The notes under the pieces were generated by a model. It was not told the origin of the DNA. It saw only the letters and a program-made list of their open reading frames with translations, and made no database searches. From an uncultured Planctomycetaceae bacterium (GTDB lineage Bacteria > Planctomycetota > Planctomycetia > Isosphaerales > Isosphaeraceae), in the NCBI GenBank assembly GCA_963833985.1, contig CAWIAD010000002.1, forward strand, positions 1,312,001 through 1,376,000: 64,000 nt of DNA, in the 5' to 3' direction. Within the stretch, counting starts at the first letter, position 1; each line of letters starts with the position of its first letter. The position numbers and the translations under genes were made by a program. Below are positions 58,632 to 64,000 of this stretch, piece by piece.

Positions 58632-60353
58632 TCAGGGTTGGCCCCAGGCCGATTTCAGCTCATGCACCACGAGTGAGTCGATCTTGACCGGACCACCCTG
58701 GCGGAGCACGGAGATCGTACGGTTGTGGCCGCCGGGAATCGCGGCGACCGACATGGCGATACGACCGTCGTTGCCGAAGACCTCGATCGAGCCCCGGTCC
58801 AGGAACACCCTGAGGTTGATCTTGCCGTTGTAGGGTTGCAGCGGCGCCCGTACGTTCTTGCAGACAAGCTCGTGGCGAGCCGGCTCGTAAACGAGCCTGG
58901 TTCCGCGCAGGTCAAGACCAAGGTTTTCAACCCCATCGGTCGATGCCTCCAGCGCGATCTCGAACAGATCGCCGGAGAGCTCGCGGAGCGGGTCCTCACC
59001 GTTGGAGAGTGTCAGCGCGCTCCACTCGCGTTTCTGTCCGCGCAGCGACGCGAGCTCGAGCACGGGCTGAGCCATGAGGCGGATGCCCTCGTCCGTGTTC
59101 TTCAAGGTGAGCTCCACGGGAAGCGTCATCTGCTGGTTGAAGGGCATCCCGGGAAACGTGGCGGCGTTGTTCCAGCCGATCTGGATCCGCCGGCCGTCGG
59201 GCGTGTTGCTGTACGACTGCGCGGCGTAGAAACTGCCATACCAGAGCTGGAGCTTGTTCTTGCCCGAGGTCGGGCGGAATGCGCGGCCATCGAAGTCTCC
59301 CAGCATGTACTTGCCATCGGCGGCGTGCAGCACCCAGCGCGTCTTTGAGCGGTCGCCATCGACAGGCAGCTCGAAGAGGTCGGGGCACTCGAAGAAGCCG
59401 TCGATCTTGCTCTGGTAGGTCCAGGCCTTGAGGTCGGACGACGCGTAGAACGCGATACTCTGCTTGCCGCCAGTCTCGTCGTAGACGGCCATCACCCAGT
59501 GCTTCGCTGGCTCGAACCAGAGGAGCCGCGGATCACGCCCGGCGTGTTTCACGACCGGGTTGCCCTCGTATTCCTTCCAGGTTTGCCCCCGGTCGTTGCT
59601 GAAGAGGATACATTCACCCCGGCCCGTGCTGGTGAAGGCCGCGGCGAGCGGTGGAGCTTGGCCGCTTTGAGATCTGGAAGTGTTTCGTGTGTCGACGACT
59701 GCACTGCCTGAAAAGCACCAGTCGCCGAAGGCGCGCGGGCGGAGTGCGATCGGCTGTTCGTGCCAGTGGACCAGGTCGGTGCTCAGTGCGTGGCCCCAGT
59801 GCATGTTGCCCCAGCTCCAGCCGTACGGGTTGTGCTGGTAGTAGAGGTGATAGGCGCCGGCCTGGTAGACCAGCCCGTTGGGGTCGTTGAGCCAGCCGCG
59901 CCGGGACGTGAAGTGGAACTGGGGCCGGTGCGGCTCGTGGTACATGCCCTGAGCGTCGGGCACCTGATCCGCCTGCGAGATCCGGGCCAGGCTCTCCGCG
60001 GGATGCTCCAGCGCGTCCACCTCGATGCGCAGCGTCTTGCCGCGGTGGGCGTCCAGGTCCTCGAAGACCCAGAACTCGGGCTGGTTCTCGGCCAGCTCGA
60101 TCTCGAACTCGCGGTGGGCCTGGCCATCGATGCGCAAGCTCATCCGCCGCTTCGGGGCACCGGTGCGCACCGGCAAGTGCAGGTATCGGTGTGTGAGCAC
60201 CAGCTCACGGCTGGCGGTCGCGGCCTGGCCGGTTGAACTCGCCACGGCGACTGGGCCGGCGGCATCAGTAGCCGGACCTGTGGTCTCTGCCGCCGACAGC
60301 ATGCCGGCGGCCAGAACCAGGGGCGGGAAGATCTTCAGGAAGAATGGCATCAT
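58632..60353 (-). CDS. GH32 levanase / beta-fructosidase
   Basis: WLNDPNG, HWGHA, FSGSA, RDP, ECP, DRGSIEVF. Confidence 0.92.
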   Translation of the reverse strand: MMPFFLKIFPPLVLAAGMLSAAETTGPATDAAGPVAVASSTGQAATASRELVLTHRYLHLPVRTGAPKRRMSLRIDGQAHREFEIELAENQPEFWVFEDLDAHRGKTLRIEVDALEHPAESLARISQADQVPDAQGMYHEPHRPQFHFTSRRGWLNDPNGLVYQAGAYHLYYQHNPYGWSWGNMHWGHALSTDLVHWHEQPIALRPRAFGDWCFSGSAVVDTRNTSRSQSGQAPPLAAAFTSTGRGECILFSNDRGQTWKEYEGNPVVKHAGRDPRLLWFEPAKHWVMAVYDETGGKQSIAFYASSDLKAWTYQSKIDGFFECPDLFELPVDGDRSKTRWVLHAADGKYMLGDFDGRAFRPTSGKNKLQLWYGSFYAAQSYSNTPDGRRIQIGWNNAATFPGMPFNQQMTLPVELTLKNTDEGIRLMAQPVLELASLRGQKREWSALTLSNGEDPLRELSGDLFEIALEASTDGVENLGLDLRGTRLVYEPARHELVCKNVRAPLQPYNGKINLRVFLDRGSIEVFGNDGRIAMSVAAIPGGHNRTISVLRQGGPVKIDSLVVHELKSAWGQP

Positions 60354-60527
60354 CGCTCTCCCAACGCGGTTTGGGGTCGGATCCGGTCTGGCGAAAAACG
60401 AAGCGTACCGCAAATAATCCTGCCTGAATATCGAATAGTTGGTGACTTTGCAGGCAGTTCCTGTGCTGCGCGTCATCTGTGGCCCCCGGGGCTGGGATAC
60501 GAATCGGTCCTGTTCGAGGGATGTGTC

Positions 60528-61968
60528 ATGTCGCTGGACGTGCAGCCTGACGAGTCGATGAAGGAACCTGGCGTGCTGGAACCGACGCTGCTGGATACCG
60601 AGCCGGGCACGGGCGAGGCACGGGAGCTCGCCGGGGAGGCGGCAATACCGTCAACCAGCCGTCCCGAACCTGTCTCGGCCGTCGAGCGGCTGACGTCGGT
60701 GGACGTGCTGCGCGGATTTGCCCTGCTGGGCATCCTGGCCATGAATATCGTCGGGTTCGCCTGGCCGGGTGCGGCTTACGAGGATCCACTACAGGGCGGC
60801 GGCTTCGAGGGTACCGACCGCGCTGTCTGGTTCTTCAATCATCTGGTCTTCGAGGCCAAGATGATGACCATCTTCTCGATGCTCTTCGGCGCGGGGCTGG
60901 TGCTCATGAACGAGCGCGCCGGCGCGCGGGGCGTCGCTGCGCGGAGTCTACTATCGCCGCGTGCTCTGGCTGCTGGTCATCGGTGCCATTCACGCCTACC
61001 TGATCTGGGAAGGGGACGTGTTATTTCTGTACGCGGAGTGCGGGCTGATTCTTTACCTGTTCCGCAATATGAAACCGCGCACGCTGATCCTTCTGGGCGT
61101 CACGTTCATGCTGCTGATTGTTCCCCTGGTCCTGGGCTTCGGCGCGGCGATCCAGGGCATGAAAGCGGTCACGGCCCGGGTTGATGCCCAGGTCAAGGAC
61201 GGCGAGACGCCGAGCAAGTTGGATCAGCGCATTCACGATCTCTGGACGAACTCACTCCAGAAGGAAATGAGGCCTGACCCCGAGCAGCAGCAGAAAAAAT
61301 GGGACGAGGAGATGGCGGCCTACCGGGGCGGTTATATCGGGATTGTGAGGCACCGCGCCTTCCACCTGCTGATGGGTCAGACCATTGGGTTCCTGCTCGG
61401 CGGCTTCTGGTTCGCGGGAGCGCGCATGGTTCTGGGCATGGGACTGATGAAGCTGGGCGTTTTCGCGGCCGAGCGGACGCGGAGGTTCTATACGTGGATG
61501 ACCGCGCTGGGTTATGGCATCGGGCTGCCACTCATGGTTTTCGATGCCACCGAGCTGATCCGCCATGGATTCAAGGACGAATACATGTTGCAGGGCGGGA
61601 TATTCTATAACGTCTTCGGCAGCCTGGTGGTGGCGCTCGGGCACGTCGGGCTGATCATGCTCATCGTCCAGGGCGGCGCCCTGACGTGGCTGACACGCCG
61701 GCTGGCGGCCGTGGGGCGGATGGCGCTCTCCAGCTACCTGACCCACTCCATCGTCTGCACCACCCTCTTCAACGGCTATGGGTTCGGCCTCTTCGGCCAG
61801 ATCCATCGCACCGGGCTGGCCGGCATCGTGCTGTTGATCTGGATCTTCCAGCTCTGGATCAGCCCGATCTGGCTCCGGCATTTCCGCTTCGGTCCCGCCG
61901 AGTGGCTCTGGCGGTCGCTGACGTACTGGAGGATCCAGCCGATGAAGAATGAACTCGCCCCGGGTTAA
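60528..61968 (+). CDS. DUF418 (YeiB-like) membrane protein (frameshift near 60930)
   Basis: DVLRGFALLGIL, FSMLFGAG, WEGDVL, GRMALSSY, GPAEWLWRSLTY. Confidence 0.88.
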
Positions 61969-63527
61969 TCAGGCTGGACCGGCCGATGTGTGCTGTTCTC
62001 GATGAGCCTGGCGCAGAAGCCAATCAGGTTGGCGTAGTCCGTCACGGCAATCCGCTCGTCCACTCCGTGAATGCGCTCAAGGTCCTCGGCTTTCAGGCGG
62101 AGCGGCAAGAAGCGGTAGATGTCGCGTGCCAGGGGAGCAAAATGGCGTGAGTCGGTGGCGGCCATGCACAGACCGGGCGCCACGACGGCTTCGGGAAAGA
62201 TCTCGCTGATGGTGCGCTGGAGCGTGTGGAAACTCTCGGAGCCTGTCGAAGGGACCGCCGAGGGCTCCGAGACCTTCCCGGACCAATCGCAATGCACCTG
62301 GGGATCCGCGATCACGTCTTGGACTCGCTGAAGCGTCCTGGCCAGGGTCTCGCCGGGCAACAGCCGCAGGTTCACGAGCGTCTCCGCCTGAGCAGGCAAG
62401 ACGTTGGGGGCAACGCCTCCCCGGGTCATCGTGGGCGCCATCGTCGTTCGGATCAAGGCATTCATCGATGGCTTCTGTTCGAACTCCCGGAGGATCAAGG
62501 CTTCCGTGAGCCAGCGATTGGCCAGAGCGATGCGCCGGGGTCCGTTCATCTCGGGCCCGAGGTAGTCAAGCATCGCGGCCGTGGCACCATCGAGGCGCCT
62601 GGGAAACGGGCGGGACTGAAGACGGTCGATCGCGGCGGAAAGGCGGCCAATGGCCGTCATCGCCGGAGGCATCGAAGAGTGCCCGGGTGGGCCCTCCGCC
62701 CGGACCCGGATCGTGCCGTAGCCCTTCTCGGCAATTCCCACATAGGCCACCGCACGGTCGAAGCCGCCGATGATGCCCTCGGTCAATCCGCCTCCTTCGT
62801 CAAGGACAAACCGGAAGTGGACCCCACGCGTCCGGAGCGATTCGGCGATCCGCAGGTTCCCCGCCGTTCCGCCTTGTTCCTCATCGTGTCCGAGGGCGAG
62901 ATAGACATCACATTCCGGGTGAAACCCTTCCGTGAGAAGCCGTTCCACCGCCTCGAGCATGCCGAGCGCTCCGGCCTTCACGTCAAGCGCTCCGCGTCCC
63001 CAGATGTATCCATCGGCAATTTCCCCCGAGAACGGGGGATGCGTCCACTTCGCTTTCGAGTTGTCCTCGACGGGAACAACGTCCAGGTGGGACATCAGGA
63101 GGATCGGCTCACTCGCCGGGTCGGAACCCTTCCACCGGTAAAGCAGGCTCATCGCGCCGTGGATCTCGCGCTCAAGCCGTGCGTGAACCCGCGGGAACGA
63201 CGTCTCCAGGAACGCCCGCAGTTCCAGGAACGGCCGCGGATTCGTCGCTGCCGCAGTATCCGCCGCGACCGTGGGGAACTGGATCGCGCGTGCCAGACGT
63301 TCGGCGTGGCCGGGAAGCGGCTCGCGTGGTTGCACCCGGGGCGGGTGAACCTGTTTCGACGTGAAGTGGACCGTATGGAGCGCGAGAATCACGACCAGCA
63401 CGAGGACCGCGATGGCCAGAAGCATTACCGAGGCGGCCAGCACCCGCATCAGCCTCCGCCCGCGCCGGGCGATTGCCTCGGGACTTCCCCCACCTGCCGC
63501 GCGATCGCTGAACGTCAGCTCTGGCAT
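61965..63527 (-). CDS. M20 family metallopeptidase (carboxypeptidase S-like)
   Basis: SHLDVVP, GRGALDVK, GHDEE, DEGG, GHSSMPP, ATDSRH, IHGVDE. Confidence 0.92.
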   Translation of the reverse strand: MPELTFSDRAAGGGSPEAIARRGRRLMRVLAASVMLLAIAVLVLVVILALHTVHFTSKQVHPPRVQPREPLPGHAERLARAIQFPTVAADTAAATNPRPFLELRAFLETSFPRVHARLEREIHGAMSLLYRWKGSDPASEPILLMSHLDVVPVEDNSKAKWTHPPFSGEIADGYIWGRGALDVKAGALGMLEAVERLLTEGFHPECDVYLALGHDEEQGGTAGNLRIAESLRTRGVHFRFVLDEGGGLTEGIIGGFDRAVAYVGIAEKGYGTIRVRAEGPPGHSSMPPAMTAIGRLSAAIDRLQSRPFPRRLDGATAAMLDYLGPEMNGPRRIALANRWLTEALILREFEQKPSMNALIRTTMAPTMTRGGVAPNVLPAQAETLVNLRLLPGETLARTLQRVQDVIADPQVHCDWSGKVSEPSAVPSTGSESFHTLQRTISEIFPEAVVAPGLCMAATDSRHFAPLARDIYRFLPLRLKAEDLERIHGVDERIAVTDYANLIGFCARLIENSTHRPVQPD

Positions 63528-63653
63528 GCCGTGGCTCCATTCAAGACGATTGACCAGTCTGTCATGCGATGGAGGCCAAGCGGACCCGAAGAAGTCCTTG
63601 GAGAGGATTGCCGTCCGCTTGCCCGGTGCTGAGGGCCAAGCCTGGTTGCTCTC

Positions 63654-63912
63654 CTCGTGGGGTACGATTCCGATCGTGCCCTTCCATTCTCGTGGGGTAG
63701 GATTCTATCCGTGCCCTTCCATTCTCGTGGGGTACGATTCCAATCGTGCCCTTGAATTCTCGTGGGGTAGGATTCTATCCGTGCCCTTGAATTCTCATGG
63801 GTACGATTCCAATCGTGCCATCCCTGGTCCATCAGGCAGAAAAAGTGCCACGAATGGAATCGAGTCCCACGAGGAGATCGAACAGGTGACATGATCGGAA
63901 TCGTGGCCCACA
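63654..63912. repeat. Cluster of ~35-bp palindromic REP-like units (5 tandem, 2 inverted degenerate)
   Basis: CTCGTGGGGTA(C/G)GATTC....CGTGCCCTT.. at 63654, 63689, 63724, 63759 and 63794; inverted copies at ~63846-63875 and ~63886-63912. Confidence 0.85.
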
Positions 63913-64000
63913 AAGAGCGGCCTCCCGGTCATGCAGGATCGCATCAACCGGCTGAATGCCTGTCAAAGAACGATTGCGAACCTGCTGAGTAATAGGATAC

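Noticed and set aside
63654..63819. CRISPR array
   Set aside because: The repeats abut directly with no unique spacers, and no cas genes are in the window.

Overview
GC-rich bacterial DNA whose gene content looks planctomycete-like (inference). A tRNA-Gly(CCC) at 50305-50376 (-) splits the window. Left of it (about 1-50300) is an apparent integrated island. It holds a sliding-clamp-like gene, a transglutaminase/Anbu pair, an RND efflux pair and an SPFH gene. It also holds a ~22 kb co-oriented minus-strand cluster joining sugar-phosphate metabolism (ppk2, manA, PMM-like HAD, GH130, tkt, rpiB, zwf, ackA, xfp, fba; gnd and tal reduced to stubs) to a complete N-ATPase operon (atpDCQRBEFAG). Three copies of a riboswitch-like RNA with an overlapping terminator and a DUF2294 gene lie in and around this cluster. 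Next comes a nest of mobile elements: a precisely bounded 4,225-bp four-gene TG...CA transposon (5-bp TSD GGAGG) inserted into an IS630 gene, plus an ISAs1. An ECF sigma and kinase-NACHT-WD40 pair faces a signal-peptide PD-(D/E)XK protein, and an intact IS630 abuts the tRNA. Right of the tRNA are ordinary carbohydrate and peptide genes (DUF1080, GH78, rhaT, rhaA, nitrilase family, GH32, DUF418, M20) and a REP-like repeat cluster. About a dozen frameshifts, several in GCGC runs, probably reflect sequencing errors. All family calls rest on motif recognition, not database searches.
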